DNA of 64,000 bases from NCBI GenBank assembly GCA_963601795.1, contig CAVCGK010000002.1, positions 90,788 through 154,787 on the forward strand, written 5' to 3'. The notes under the pieces are model-generated. The model saw nothing but the letters and a program-made list of their open reading frames with translations. It did not search any database and was not told the origin of the DNA. Below, piece after piece: positions 46,637-57,190 of this stretch. This DNA is from a bacterium. GTDB taxonomy: Bacteria > Bacteroidota > Bacteroidia > Bacteroidales > Bacteroidaceae. The position numbers were made by a program, and so were the translations under genes. The stretch's first letter is position 1; every line of letters starts with the position of its first letter.

Positions 46637-48199
46637 TTAATCTTCCACCACTATCGGTATGGTCACTGTAAACGATGTTCCCTTGCCGTATTCACTATCG
46701 GTCTTTATCGTTCCGCCGTGTATGTCGACAATCTTCTTGACATAAGCCAATCCAAGACCGAATCCCTTAACATTGTGAACATTACCTGTGTGAACACGAT
46801 AGAACTTTTCAAATATCTTCTTCAAGTTTTCCTTCTTTATGCCGAGTCCGTTGTCCTTAATCATCACCGACACATGTTTGTCGTCAGGATTCCATGTCTG
46901 CACGAAGAGTTCAAGCGGTTTGTTGGGTTGTTTATACTTCACAGCATTGTCCATAAGATTGAATATAACATTCTGGAAATGCATCTCGTCCACATTGACA
47001 GTAGAGTCGACTGCCTCTATGCAGGTCATAATATGTCCGTCAGTATGCTCCACACGCAATTGGAATGTCTTTGCGATTGTCTCAAGCATCTCGTTGATGT
47101 CCACATTCTTTCGGTTGTATATCGCCTTCTGCTTGTCAAACATCGACATCTGAAGCACCTTCTCCACAAGGAAGCGCAGTCGCTTTGACTCCGAGCCTAT
47201 GACCGTGCCGAGATGAGCCAACATGGAGTCACTCTTCGGGATATTGGGGTCGTTGAGCATCTGCGACGCAAGAGAAATGCTGCTTATAGGCGTCTTCAAC
47301 TCGTGTGTCATATTGTTGATGAAGTCATTCTTTATCTCGGAGAGCTTCTTCTGACGGAACACGATAAAGATGGTGAAGAGGAATGTCACAAGCAACACCA
47401 AAGTAAAGATGAATGCAGGAATCATAAACTTCACACTATTAAAGATATATCCTCCCATATCGGGGAAATGCACTTTCAGTACACCCATCTTTGACTGTGG
47501 GTCATTTCTGAATAAAGCCTGCGTATAGAGCACATCGCTTCCCGCCGTGTCGTAGTCTGGACAACGATAGACCTCACGTCCGTCACTCGTCTGTACGCTG
47601 AAATGATAGGGAATGTTTATTCCGTTGTTCATCAGTTCCGCCTTCAAGTCTTGGTCAAGCATCTTGAAGTTCACACGCTCCTTCAGCGGCTTGTTTGTGG
47701 CTGTATAGAGAATACTGTAGACAACCTCGTCGAGCAATGCCTTGTTGTAGACATACCTGCTATGCACTATCTCCTGCATTGACTTCGAAGCCTCACTGAT
47801 GGCATTTTTGTCGTTATTGAGAATAATACCCTTGGGAGTGCCCGACGGTTTCACCGCCAATGTCTTCAGTTCGAAAGAAGAATAGACATTACCGTTGCCG
47901 TCAATAGCAGACAACTGATGTGTTTTTCCGAGCGAGTCAGGCGCATTGTTGCCTGTCTTTGCTTTGGCATTCTTCCGCGACTGACGCTCCACAGCATTAA
48001 CATCCTTTTCGAGATAGCGTAAGGTCTCATTCAACTCCAAATTGCGTGACGCTTGATAAAGGGCTCTCTTCACCGATTCATCAAACTGTTCGCGCTTCAT
48101 CTTTGTCATGGAGCGGATGTAGGTAAGCTGCAGATAGAGCAGTCCCGCAAGGGCCATACCCATTATTATCGCTATTGTCCAAATCGTTCTCTTCTTCAT
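46637..48199 (-). CDS. rprX: Sensor histidine kinase RprX
   Basis: Two TMs, DFINNMTHELKTP H-box, NLMDNAVKY, GFGLGL; paired with rprY. Confidence 0.88.
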   Translation of the reverse strand: MKKRTIWTIAIIMGMALAGLLYLQLTYIRSMTKMKREQFDESVKRALYQASRNLELNETLRYLEKDVNAVERQSRKNAKAKTGNNAPDSLGKTHQLSAIDGNGNVYSSFELKTLAVKPSGTPKGIILNNDKNAISEASKSMQEIVHSRYVYNKALLDEVVYSILYTATNKPLKERVNFKMLDQDLKAELMNNGINIPYHFSVQTSDGREVYRCPDYDTAGSDVLYTQALFRNDPQSKMGVLKVHFPDMGGYIFNSVKFMIPAFIFTLVLLVTFLFTIFIVFRQKKLSEIKNDFINNMTHELKTPISSISLASQMLNDPNIPKSDSMLAHLGTVIGSESKRLRFLVEKVLQMSMFDKQKAIYNRKNVDINEMLETIAKTFQLRVEHTDGHIMTCIEAVDSTVNVDEMHFQNVIFNLMDNAVKYKQPNKPLELFVQTWNPDDKHVSVMIKDNGLGIKKENLKKIFEKFYRVHTGNVHNVKGFGLGLAYVKKIVDIHGGTIKTDSEYGKGTSFTVTIPIVVED

Positions 48200-48365
48200 G
48201 TCGGCAAAGTTATCATATTTTGTTTACTATAAGCAATAGTTAGGTTAATTAATTTCGTTAAATTTAACTATATTAATAAACACAACAGTAGATAGATGCT
48301 TATATTGAACTATACTGTAGTCCAAGGACGTTTTCCGATTAACAACATTAGCTGATTATAAATAC

Positions 48366-48400
48366 AAAAGGGACTGCAACCATAAGGCTACAGTCCCTTT
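48366..48400 (-). terminator. Intrinsic terminator after bamD-rpoZ-DUF4293 operon
   Basis: AAAAGGGACTG / CAGTCCCTTTT arms. Confidence 0.8.
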
Positions 48401-48446
48401 ATTTTATCTTACCTATATATAATATAAGGTATAACTACATTTCTTC

Positions 48447-48902
48447 TTAACGGAAGCGTTCTGCCGAGCGCACAAGATCGTCATCCTTCTTCACTGCCCT
48501 ACGTGCCATAAGCGTAAGGATAATGGCGATGACGGGGAAAGAAGCTGCCACGCATACTCTTGGCGTGCAGTCACCTCCGAAGGAGAAGAACAGGGCGGCA
48601 TATGCTGCTAACCACAAAACCTCGAGAGCCACTGCTACAAGACAGAGTTTCATCTGACGCTTGCGGTTCTTATATCCCATAATGGCAAAGGCTGAGATAA
48701 TCTCTGCAAACACCACGATGGCAAAAAGAGCCACAGGCAGATAGCTTGTTATCACTCCGTCGCCACTGATTACCACAAGACTATAAAGTACAGAAGGTTT
48801 TCCCATACCCACAGGTTCAAAAGTGGCGAGTGGCATACAACAACAAAGCACCAGCAGTATTACCGCCAGTGCAAGGTATACGGTTTGAATCCGCTGTATC
48901 AT
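48447..48902 (-). CDS. DUF4293 family membrane protein
   Basis: MIQRIQTVYL start, YKNRKRQ, DDDLVRSAER end. Confidence 0.88.
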   Translation of the reverse strand: MIQRIQTVYLALAVILLVLCCCMPLATFEPVGMGKPSVLYSLVVISGDGVITSYLPVALFAIVVFAEIISAFAIMGYKNRKRQMKLCLVAVALEVLWLAAYAALFFSFGGDCTPRVCVAASFPVIAIILTLMARRAVKKDDDLVRSAERFR

Positions 48903-49234
48903 TGTGCCTCCTCTATGTCCGCTGAAGAATCACGGTAATAAACATTGCCCTCAATATACTCTTCTGTAGCGAGAAGTGTTGGCTTCGGCAATTTCTCATA
49001 GTAGCGAGAGATTTCTATCTGCTCACGGTTCTCAAACACTTCCTCAAGCGAGTCGTTGTAGGATGCAAACTCCGACAGTTTACTGCTCAGATCCTGCTTC
49101 ATCTCCACAGAAATCTGATTTGCACGTTTGCCTATAATTGCCACTGTCTCATAGATATTATTTGTGTCTTCACACAAATCCATGATGTTACGAGTGACTG
49201 TGTTTACTGGTGCTTTTGACTTTTTGTAATCCAT
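48899..49234 (-). CDS. rpoZ: RNA polymerase omega subunit (Bacteroidetes type)
   Basis: NIYETVAIIGKRANQI, EEVFENREQIEISRYYEKLPKP. Confidence 0.92.
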   Translation of the reverse strand: MDYKKSKAPVNTVTRNIMDLCEDTNNIYETVAIIGKRANQISVEMKQDLSSKLSEFASYNDSLEEVFENREQIEISRYYEKLPKPTLLATEEYIEGNVYYRDSSADIEEAQ

Positions 49235-49276
49235 ATATCTTAAAAAAATCTCTTTATTATTCTTTTTCTATGTCTA

Positions 49277-50116
49277 TCAGTCCACATCCTTATAACGCTC
49301 GGTTATTTTCTTGCATGCACTGATATATTTCTTTGCTGTATCTACATCCTTCGAGTCTGGATATTCATTGATAAATCCATAGCACTCGTCTTCTGCATCC
49401 TGATAGCGCTCAAGTCTTTTTTCCTGCACACTCATCGAAGCACGCTCATATTTGCTCTTCATGATGAGAAGTGCAAATTCCTCACGCAACTTGGTGTAAG
49501 GATAATCCTTCAGCGCATTCTGTGCTGTGATGATGCATGCATCATAGTTATTCTCTCCCTGGTTGCAGTTGCCGAAATATGTACCAAGGTTGTAATACAG
49601 TTTGGCAGAATACAGTTCTTTTCTCACCAACTTGTCTTGCAGTTCGAAAAGTCTCGACTGTGCCTGTTCCTTCATCGTTGCATCTGGAAAGATGTCAAGA
49701 TAATCCTGAAATGCGCTTATCGCAGATACGGTCTGGCTTTGGTCAAGACGTGGCTCCGGAGTACTCATGTAGAGGCTCTGACCTTTGAAATAACAAGCCT
49801 TCTCTGCATACTTTCCTTTTCTGTATGTAGAGAAATACTTGTCGAAAGTCATCGACGCGCTCTCATAATCTTTAGAGTTATACTGCGCCATGGCAAGCAT
49901 ATAGAGACACTCCTCAGCATTCGATGTTCCCTTGTTGAAAGACACGAGTTCTGTCAACAGTGTTGTAGCACGCGAAAACTTACCGTTTGCGAATGCCTCC
50001 TTGGCGTACTCATATCTATAGCTTGAGTCCGTCGACTTGTATACCTGATTGAACTCGTTGGCGCAACCAGTGAGCAGGAATGCCGATATCATGACGGCAG
50101 AAAACCCTTTCTTCAT
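49277..50116 (-). CDS. bamD: Outer membrane protein assembly factor BamD
   Basis: Lipobox LTGC, TPR repeats, PRLDQ; upstream of rpoZ; alternative start at 50131. Confidence 0.9.
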   Translation of the reverse strand: MKKGFSAVMISAFLLTGCANEFNQVYKSTDSSYRYEYAKEAFANGKFSRATTLLTELVSFNKGTSNAEECLYMLAMAQYNSKDYESASMTFDKYFSTYRKGKYAEKACYFKGQSLYMSTPEPRLDQSQTVSAISAFQDYLDIFPDATMKEQAQSRLFELQDKLVRKELYSAKLYYNLGTYFGNCNQGENNYDACIITAQNALKDYPYTKLREEFALLIMKSKYERASMSVQEKRLERYQDAEDECYGFINEYPDSKDVDTAKKYISACKKITERYKDVD

Positions 50117-50264
50117 ACCTTTAATGCACATTTTAGTGCAAAATTACTGCTTTTCAACTAATCGGCAAAGTAAATCGCGCTATTTTTCAGTATCATTCAC
50201 ATTAGTTATAACACTTATCGGGCAGTTTTTGCGTTTTCACACATTTACTCGTAACTTTGCATCC

Positions 50265-52295
50265 ATGAAGGATTTCAAACTGACATCCAAATTCTCGCCT
50301 ACAGGCGATCAGCCTGAGGCAATAAAGCAACTCACCGAGGGTCTGAAGCGTGGCGACAGGGCACAGGTATTGCTCGGCGTCACTGGTTCGGGCAAGACTT
50401 TCACTGTTGCCAATGTCATTGCCAACGCCAACCGCCCTACCCTCATTCTCAGTCACAACAAGACTCTCGCCGCGCAGCTCTATGAAGAAATGAAGGGATT
50501 CTTCCCCGACAATGCCGTGGAGTATTATGTGTCTTATTATGACTACTATCAGCCCGAGGCTTATCTCCCTACGAGTGACACCTACATAGAAAAAGACCTT
50601 GCCATAAATGACGAGATAGACCGCCTACGACTCAAGGCGGTAAGTGCATTGCTGTCAGGGCGACGTGATGTCATTGTCGTCTCGTCCGTTTCATGCATCT
50701 ACGGTATGGGAGGTCCTACTGCACTGCAGAGCAATGTCATATCTATAAAGGTGGGACAACGTCTGGAACGAAACGCTTTCCTTCGCCAACTCGTGGACGC
50801 CCTCTATGTAAGAAATGACATCTCGCTCGAACGTGGATGCTTCCGCGTAAAGGGTGAGACTGCCGACATATTCCCTGCCTATAGCGAGAATGTGATTCGT
50901 GTTACATGGTGGGACGACGAGATTGACAGTATCGAGGAACTGGATGCCATCACCTTCCACCGGCTGGAGACGTTTCATGATTATCAGATATTCCCTGCCA
51001 ACCTGTTTGTCACTACTAAGGAGCAACAGGAGGCTGCCATACGCAGCATTCAAGATGACCTGTGCAAGCAGATAGCTTTCTTTGAAGAACTAGGTGACAA
51101 CATTAAGGCTCAGCGCATCAAGGAGCGTGTGGAGTATGACATCGAGATGATAAAGGAACTGGGACATTGCTCGGGCATAGAAAACTACTCTCGCTATTTC
51201 GACGGAAGGGAGGCAGGACAGAAACCATACTGTCTGCTCGACTTCTTCCCTAAAGACTTCATCCTCGTGGTCGACGAGAGTCATGTGAGCATTCCGCAGA
51301 TTGGTGCCATGTATGGTGGCGACCGCGCCCGCAAGCAGAATCTTGTGGAATATGGTTTCCGTCTGCCTGCAGCTTTCGACAACAGACCGCTGAAGTTTGA
51401 GGAGTTTTATGAAATGCTCAATCAGGCGATATATGTATCTGCCACTCCTGCTGACTACGAGCTGCGTGAGTCTGAGGGCGTGGTAGTAGAACAGGTGATA
51501 CGTCCTACGGGTCTGCTCGACCCTGAGATAGTAGTCAAACCATCGGAGAATCAGGTGGACGACCTACTCGACGAGATACTGCAGAGAACTGAACGCGAAG
51601 AGCGTGTACTCATCACCACTCTCACCAAGCGCATGGCGGAGGAGTTGACGGAATATCTCCTTGCTCATGACATCCGCGCAAACTACATACACAGTGACGT
51701 GGCTACCCTCGACAGAGTGAAGATAATGAAGGACTTGCGAGCCGGATTGTTTGATGTACTCGTTGGCGTAAACCTTCTTCGCGAGGGTCTCGACTTGCCA
51801 GAGGTGTCGCTCGTAGCCATACTCGATGCCGACAAAGAGGGATTTCTACGAAGCGAGCGCAGTATGACGCAGACTGCCGGACGTGCAGCACGAAATGTTC
51901 ACGGCAAGGTCATCATGTATGCCGACAAGATTACCGACAGTATGAGGCGCACGATAGACGAGACCAACCGTCGTCGCATGATACAGATGCACTATAATGA
52001 GGAGCATGGCATCACGCCTACTCCTATCAAGAAAGCCATTGCCACCTCTCTTGTTACCAACGACACGAAAGCCACTGAACAGAAAGCGCCTAAAGCATAT
52101 ATCCCAAAGGAGGAAACCCCTGCCTTTGCTGCCGATCCAATCATACTGAAGATGGACCGCAAGCAAATAGAAAAGTCCATTGCTGCCAACACTGCTCTCA
52201 TGAAGGAGGCGGCATCAAAACTGGACTTCCTACAGGCTGCTCAATATAGGGACGAGATAGCACATCTGCAGGAGATGCTCGATGGATTAAGTTAA
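50265..52295 (+). CDS. uvrB: Excinuclease ABC subunit B
   Basis: PTGDQP, GVTGSGKT, YYDYYQPEAY, DESH; start ATG 50265 (ORF-track start over-extended). Confidence 0.98.
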   Translation: MKDFKLTSKFSPTGDQPEAIKQLTEGLKRGDRAQVLLGVTGSGKTFTVANVIANANRPTLILSHNKTLAAQLYEEMKGFFPDNAVEYYVSYYDYYQPEAYLPTSDTYIEKDLAINDEIDRLRLKAVSALLSGRRDVIVVSSVSCIYGMGGPTALQSNVISIKVGQRLERNAFLRQLVDALYVRNDISLERGCFRVKGETADIFPAYSENVIRVTWWDDEIDSIEELDAITFHRLETFHDYQIFPANLFVTTKEQQEAAIRSIQDDLCKQIAFFEELGDNIKAQRIKERVEYDIEMIKELGHCSGIENYSRYFDGREAGQKPYCLLDFFPKDFILVVDESHVSIPQIGAMYGGDRARKQNLVEYGFRLPAAFDNRPLKFEEFYEMLNQAIYVSATPADYELRESEGVVVEQVIRPTGLLDPEIVVKPSENQVDDLLDEILQRTEREERVLITTLTKRMAEELTEYLLAHDIRANYIHSDVATLDRVKIMKDLRAGLFDVLVGVNLLREGLDLPEVSLVAILDADKEGFLRSERSMTQTAGRAARNVHGKVIMYADKITDSMRRTIDETNRRRMIQMHYNEEHGITPTPIKKAIATSLVTNDTKATEQKAPKAYIPKEETPAFAADPIILKMDRKQIEKSIAANTALMKEAASKLDFLQAAQYRDEIAHLQEMLDGLS

Positions 52296-52378
52296 AGAAT
52301 GCTTTTTCTGTCAACGACATGATATTATTTCGTAATTTTGTAAGACAATAGGCATTTGAGCCACTCATACTCAACAAT

Positions 52379-53047
52379 ATGAAAAAGAAAACATTGGCGA
52401 TAGTCCTCATGCTTCTGCCATTGGCAGCAATGGCGCAGAGCAACTGGGAGATACCGGAAGCTAAGAAGCCGGAAGCTAAGATATCAAAGAAGGCTGAAAA
52501 GGAAAAGGAAATAAAGGAGGCTGACATGCCTTATCTCGCCGGTGCTGTTCCTGAGGAGGACGGCAAGGTGGTGTTCTCTTGCGACATCAACACTAGTGGC
52601 ACATCTGCCGCAGAGGCTTTCGACATTGCATACAAGAAGATAGAGCAACTGACGGAAGAGGAGAATCAGACGCAGAAGAGCAGGATAGTTCTCATCAACA
52701 GAGAAGAGCACTCCATAGTGGCTACCTTCGGCGAATGGCTCACGTTTACAAACAATGCTTTTATGCTCGACCGCACCATGTTCAATTACATGATGATGGT
52801 GAACTGTAGCGACGGCAAGATAAACGTGAACATTTCACGCCTCACCTATGAATACAGCAACGGCAAAGGCGACACTGACTTCATCTATGCAGAGAAACTC
52901 ATCACCGACAAACTGATGATTGCCAAGGACGGCACAAAACTGAAGAGAATGAACCGCAAGTTCCGCGTTGCCACAGTAGACCGCATGAGGGAGATTATCA
53001 ACATAATGAAACAGGCTTTCTCTGACAAAACGAACACAACAAAATAA
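52379..53047 (+). CDS. DUF4468-like exported protein
   Basis: Signal peptide; YLAGAVPEEDGKVVF; KFRVATVD. Confidence 0.7.
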   Translation: MKKKTLAIVLMLLPLAAMAQSNWEIPEAKKPEAKISKKAEKEKEIKEADMPYLAGAVPEEDGKVVFSCDINTSGTSAAEAFDIAYKKIEQLTEEENQTQKSRIVLINREEHSIVATFGEWLTFTNNAFMLDRTMFNYMMMVNCSDGKINVNISRLTYEYSNGKGDTDFIYAEKLITDKLMIAKDGTKLKRMNRKFRVATVDRMREIINIMKQAFSDKTNTTK

Positions 53048-53062
53048 ATATCCTTAATAGAG

Positions 53063-53308
53063 ATGCAAAACAACGATACTGACAACAACAGCACAAGCAG
53101 AATACATCGCCGACCTCTTGAGAAGATGAGTTATGCCAACAAGGGACGTTTCTTCAAGATAAGAAACATCCTCAACATCGCTTTCATCCTCCTCGCTATC
53201 ATTGGCATGGTGGTATATCTCTACTCCAACCATTTCATCGGCGGAGCCATACTGATAGCCAGCATCATAATAAAGTTTTCGGAGTCTGTGCTCCGCATAA
53301 TGCACTGA
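53063..53308 (+). CDS. Small two-TM membrane protein
   Basis: IRNILNIAFILLAIIG...KFSESVLR; stop abuts next start. Confidence 0.65.
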   Translation: MQNNDTDNNSTSRIHRRPLEKMSYANKGRFFKIRNILNIAFILLAIIGMVVYLYSNHFIGGAILIASIIIKFSESVLRIMH

Positions 53309-55629
53309 TGATGAAGAAAGCTTTCCTGTTTTTACTTTCCATTGCTTTTGCCTTCACTTGCGCCAACGCCCAAAGCATCGACTATGCCAATAACGGCATT
53401 GGCAACAGTTTTGGCAACAGTAGTTCTTCACGCAAAGGTGCTGCCAGCGATTCCATAAACGGTTCTCACAAAGAGATACCGAAGGGCATACATATGTGGA
53501 CTGTAGACCGCCGCTTCGGCGACATCGTCAACCAACCGATTGACACGGTGACACATATGTTTCAAAACACCATATTCACCTCTGGCTTGCGGGGCGAATA
53601 CAATTATCTTGGCAATACGGGCACTCCACGCATCAACAGAATATTCATCGACAGACAGAAGGACGACGGCGACTTTCTGTTCACCCAGCCATACGACTAT
53701 TTCCATAAGCAACCTGATGAGTTTCTGTTTACCAACACTCTCTCGCCTTACACCAACCTCACCTACAACACTTGCGGTAACCGTACAAACGGCGAAGACC
53801 ATTTCAGTGCGAAGTTTGCCGTGAATGCGGGTAAGCATTTCGGTATGGGATTCAAGTTGGACTATCACTACGGCCGTGGCTACTACGACCAGCAGAGCAC
53901 ATCGCTCTTTGGTCTCAACCTCTACGGTTCTTACATAGGCGACCAATACCAGGCTCATCTGCTTCTCACCACAAACAAGCAGAAGGTGACAGAGAACGGC
54001 GGTATACGCGAGGACACATATATCACCTATCCCGACAGCTATGACGACAACTTCGCCACGAGCGAGATTCCCACAGTGCTGGAGAGCAACTGGAATAGAA
54101 ACAGCAATCAGCACGTGTTCCTCTCTCACCGCTATAACGTGGGCTTCCACCGCAAAGTGAAGATGACTGAGGAGGAGATTGCTGCCCGCAAGTTTGCTAT
54201 GGAGTCGAAGAAGGACAACAAGAATAGCGACAAGAACGGAAGAAACCGCAACGGTAGGTCTAATGACGAGGAAGAGGACAATATAAAATATGAGGGCAGA
54301 CCTGACAACGCAAAAGTTATGATGACAGCTCCACTGCCTACTGACAGCACCATCGCTGACAAGGGGCGCATAAAGATGGATCTTGCCACTGCCGACAGCA
54401 TCATCAAAAACAAGAAGGAGGCTCCTGCCGACACTTCATGGATGAAGACGGAATATGTGCCTGTGACAAGTTTCATTCACACCGCACAACTCGACTCTCA
54501 CGACCGCATATATCAGGCACACGCCACCCCTACGGGTTATTATGCCAACTCTTACTATGACTACGATAGCACGAATGCGAGTGAGGTATATGACGAGACG
54601 AAATATTTCCGCTTGAGAAACACTCTCGCCATATCTCTGCTCGAGGGTTTCAACAAGTGGATGTTTGCAGGACTGAAGATATTTGCAGCGAGCGACCTGC
54701 GCCGCTACTCTCTGCCTGACTTGTCGGCAGGACTGGTGCGCTATACTGACCACAATGTCAGCATCGGCGGACAGATGTCACGCACTCAGGGCACGGCTTT
54801 CCATTATAATGTCACTGCAGAGACATGGCTCCTCGGTGACGACCAGGGACAGGTGAAGGTAGACGCTAATGCCGAACTCAACTTCAAACTGTTTGGTGAC
54901 ACGGTGTCATTGGCAGCAAAGGGATTCTTCCATAATGAGCGCCCCAACTACTACTTGCGCCATTATCACTCGTCACATCTTTGGTGGGACGACAATCTCA
55001 ATATGTCTACCCACACCCGCATTGAGGGTCTGCTGTCTTACAAGAAGACTCGCACATCATTGCGTTTTGGCGTGGACGAACTGACGAACTACACTTACCT
55101 CAGCGGCACATATGATGTCAGCACATCACTTGGCAGAGTAAACAATGCCGTTACTGTAGCACAGAGTGGCACTCCGATAACAGTGCTCACAGCATCACTC
55201 AAGCAGGACTTCACTCTTGGCATCCTCAACTGGGAGAATATGGTGACATGGCAGAAGTCTACAGAGCAGAGCATATTGCCTGTACCTGCAATCAATGTCT
55301 ACACAAATCTTTATCTGAAGTTCCGCATAGCAAAGGTGCTTCATACGGAGTTTGGTGCTGACGCAAGATATTTCACATCATATGAAGCTCCCGACTACAT
55401 GCCAGCTATAGGTCAGTATGTGGTGCAGGGTAATGCAGAAAAGACAAAGATAGGCAACTATCCTATCATCTGCGCTTACGCCAACTTCAACCTCAAGGGC
55501 ACTCGCTTCTATGTGATGTATTCACACGTCAACAAGGGCATGGGCAACCGCATGTATTTCCTCACACCCCACTACCCTATCAACGAGAGTGTGTTGCGCA
55601 TCGGATTGAGTTGGAATTTCTACAATTAA
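53308..55629 (+). CDS. Putative porin (Bacteroidetes Porin_10-like outer membrane protein)
   Basis: Signal peptide; YLGNTG.P, ENGGI, GLSWNFYN end. Confidence 0.82.
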   Translation: MMKKAFLFLLSIAFAFTCANAQSIDYANNGIGNSFGNSSSSRKGAASDSINGSHKEIPKGIHMWTVDRRFGDIVNQPIDTVTHMFQNTIFTSGLRGEYNYLGNTGTPRINRIFIDRQKDDGDFLFTQPYDYFHKQPDEFLFTNTLSPYTNLTYNTCGNRTNGEDHFSAKFAVNAGKHFGMGFKLDYHYGRGYYDQQSTSLFGLNLYGSYIGDQYQAHLLLTTNKQKVTENGGIREDTYITYPDSYDDNFATSEIPTVLESNWNRNSNQHVFLSHRYNVGFHRKVKMTEEEIAARKFAMESKKDNKNSDKNGRNRNGRSNDEEEDNIKYEGRPDNAKVMMTAPLPTDSTIADKGRIKMDLATADSIIKNKKEAPADTSWMKTEYVPVTSFIHTAQLDSHDRIYQAHATPTGYYANSYYDYDSTNASEVYDETKYFRLRNTLAISLLEGFNKWMFAGLKIFAASDLRRYSLPDLSAGLVRYTDHNVSIGGQMSRTQGTAFHYNVTAETWLLGDDQGQVKVDANAELNFKLFGDTVSLAAKGFFHNERPNYYLRHYHSSHLWWDDNLNMSTHTRIEGLLSYKKTRTSLRFGVDELTNYTYLSGTYDVSTSLGRVNNAVTVAQSGTPITVLTASLKQDFTLGILNWENMVTWQKSTEQSILPVPAINVYTNLYLKFRIAKVLHTEFGADARYFTSYEAPDYMPAIGQYVVQGNAEKTKIGNYPIICAYANFNLKGTRFYVMYSHVNKGMGNRMYFLTPHYPINESVLRIGLSWNFYN

Positions 55630-55798
55630 TAGTAGTTGACGTATTCTCACGTCAACCCAAGAAAGCAATAAAAATGCTTTAGATACATGCTAAATAAAAA
55701 GGATACAGCGAGGGTGCTGTACCTCCTATAGTTACCATTACTTGCTGACAGGCAAACTGTGCAGCATTCTATAGGAGGTACGGCGCCCTCGCCGTACC
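55630..55798. repeat. Cluster of three REP-like hairpins (subtype B 55630-55656; subtype A pair 55702-55728 minus and 55772-55798 plus)
   Basis: TAGTA-GTTGACGTA-TTCT-CACGTCAAC; rc TAGGA-GGTACAGCA-CCCT-CGCTGTATC; TAGGA-GGTACGGCG-CCCT-CGCCGTACC. Confidence 0.85.
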
Positions 55799-55822
55799 AT
55801 ATTTCTCTATATTATATAAGTA

Positions 55823-57190
55823 TTACAACTTACCCTTAACAGCTTCCACGAGAGCATCCTTGGCAATAAGTTCCTGCTCTCCTGTTATCATGTCCTTAAG
55901 GGTAATCTTGTCTTCTGCCACCTCGCTCTCACCAGCCAATGCTACGAAGCGCACCTGCTTGGCATTGGCATAACTCATCTGCTTCTTCATCTTCACCGAG
56001 TCAGGATAAACCTCTGTGAGGATGCCAGCCTCGCGTGCTGCCTTTGCCAATGGCATACAATACTGCATCTCCTTCTCGCCGAAGTTCATGAAGAGAAGTT
56101 GTGTAGAGTGTATGGCGTTGTCGGGGTAGAGTTCAAGCTGATTGAGAACATCAAAGATTCGGTCTGCACCGAAAGATATTCCCACACCCGACAGACCCGG
56201 CATGCCGAATATACCAGTGAGGTTATCATAGCGACCGCCACCAGTGATACTTCCAATCTGCACATCAAGAGCCTTCACCTCAAAGATGGCACCAGTGTAG
56301 TAATTGAGTCCGCGCGCAAGAGTAAGGTCAAGCTGCAATTCATTCTTCAGACCTAATGTCTCAAGCTGGCTGAGAATAAAGCGAGTCTCCTCCACACCCT
56401 TCAGACCTGTCTCCGACTCTGCCAGCACTTCTGATATGGTGTCGAGCTTTTCGGCATTAGTACCCGAAAGCAATAGGATTGGTTTGAGTTTCTCCACCTG
56501 GGCATCAGAAAGACCATCAGCCTTGAGTTCGTCGATAACCTTCTCCAAACCTATCTTGTCGAGCTTGTCGATAGCCACAGTGATGTCCACAATCTTGTCG
56601 GAAGCATCAAGCACCTCAGCAATACCGCTAAGAATCTTTCTATTGTTGATCTTTATCTGCACGCGCACACCGAAGCGTGTGAACACAGTGTCGACGATCT
56701 GCATCAGTTCCACCTCATTGAGCAGTGAGTCAGAACCCACCACATCGGCATCACACTGATAGAACTCTCTGTATCTTCCTTTCTGTGGACGGTCAGCACG
56801 CCATACCGGTTGTATCTGATAGCGTTTGAATGGCATCTGCAGTTCCTCTCTATGCTGCACCACATAGCGTGCGAAAGGCACAGTGAGGTCATAACGCAGA
56901 CCCTTCTCGCAAATCTTTGAAGCGAGTTTTGTGGTAGATGTCCCTGCTATCTCCTCTGCTGTCATGCCATGGAGGAAGTCACCAGAATTAAGAATCTTGA
57001 AGAGGAGCTTATCGCCCTCCTCGCCATATTTGCCCATCAACGTGGAGAGATTCTCCATCGCTGGAGTCTCTATCTGCTGAAATCCGTAGAGGGCATATAC
57101 ATCCTTTATTGTATTAAATATGTAGTTGCGCTTAGCCATCTCCAGAGCGGAGAAGTCGCGCGTTCCTTTTGGTATTGACGGTTTGTTCAT
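55823..57190 (-). CDS. hisS: Histidine--tRNA ligase
   Basis: [41 protein letters not shown]. Confidence 0.98.
   Translation of the reverse strand: MNKPSIPKGTRDFSALEMAKRNYIFNTIKDVYALYGFQQIETPAMENLSTLMGKYGEEGDKLLFKILNSGDFLHGMTAEEIAGTSTTKLASKICEKGLRYDLTVPFARYVVQHREELQMPFKRYQIQPVWRADRPQKGRYREFYQCDADVVGSDSLLNEVELMQIVDTVFTRFGVRVQIKINNRKILSGIAEVLDASDKIVDITVAIDKLDKIGLEKVIDELKADGLSDAQVEKLKPILLLSGTNAEKLDTISEVLAESETGLKGVEETRFILSQLETLGLKNELQLDLTLARGLNYYTGAIFEVKALDVQIGSITGGGRYDNLTGIFGMPGLSGVGISFGADRIFDVLNQLELYPDNAIHSTQLLFMNFGEKEMQYCMPLAKAAREAGILTEVYPDSVKMKKQMSYANAKQVRFVALAGESEVAEDKITLKDMITGEQELIAKDALVEAVKGKL

Noticed and set aside
303..52295. Clustering of repair genes (recR, uvrA, recJ, recQ, uvrB) as a co-regulated island
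   Set aside because: They are spread over 50 kb in separate operons and I could not see a shared operator motif
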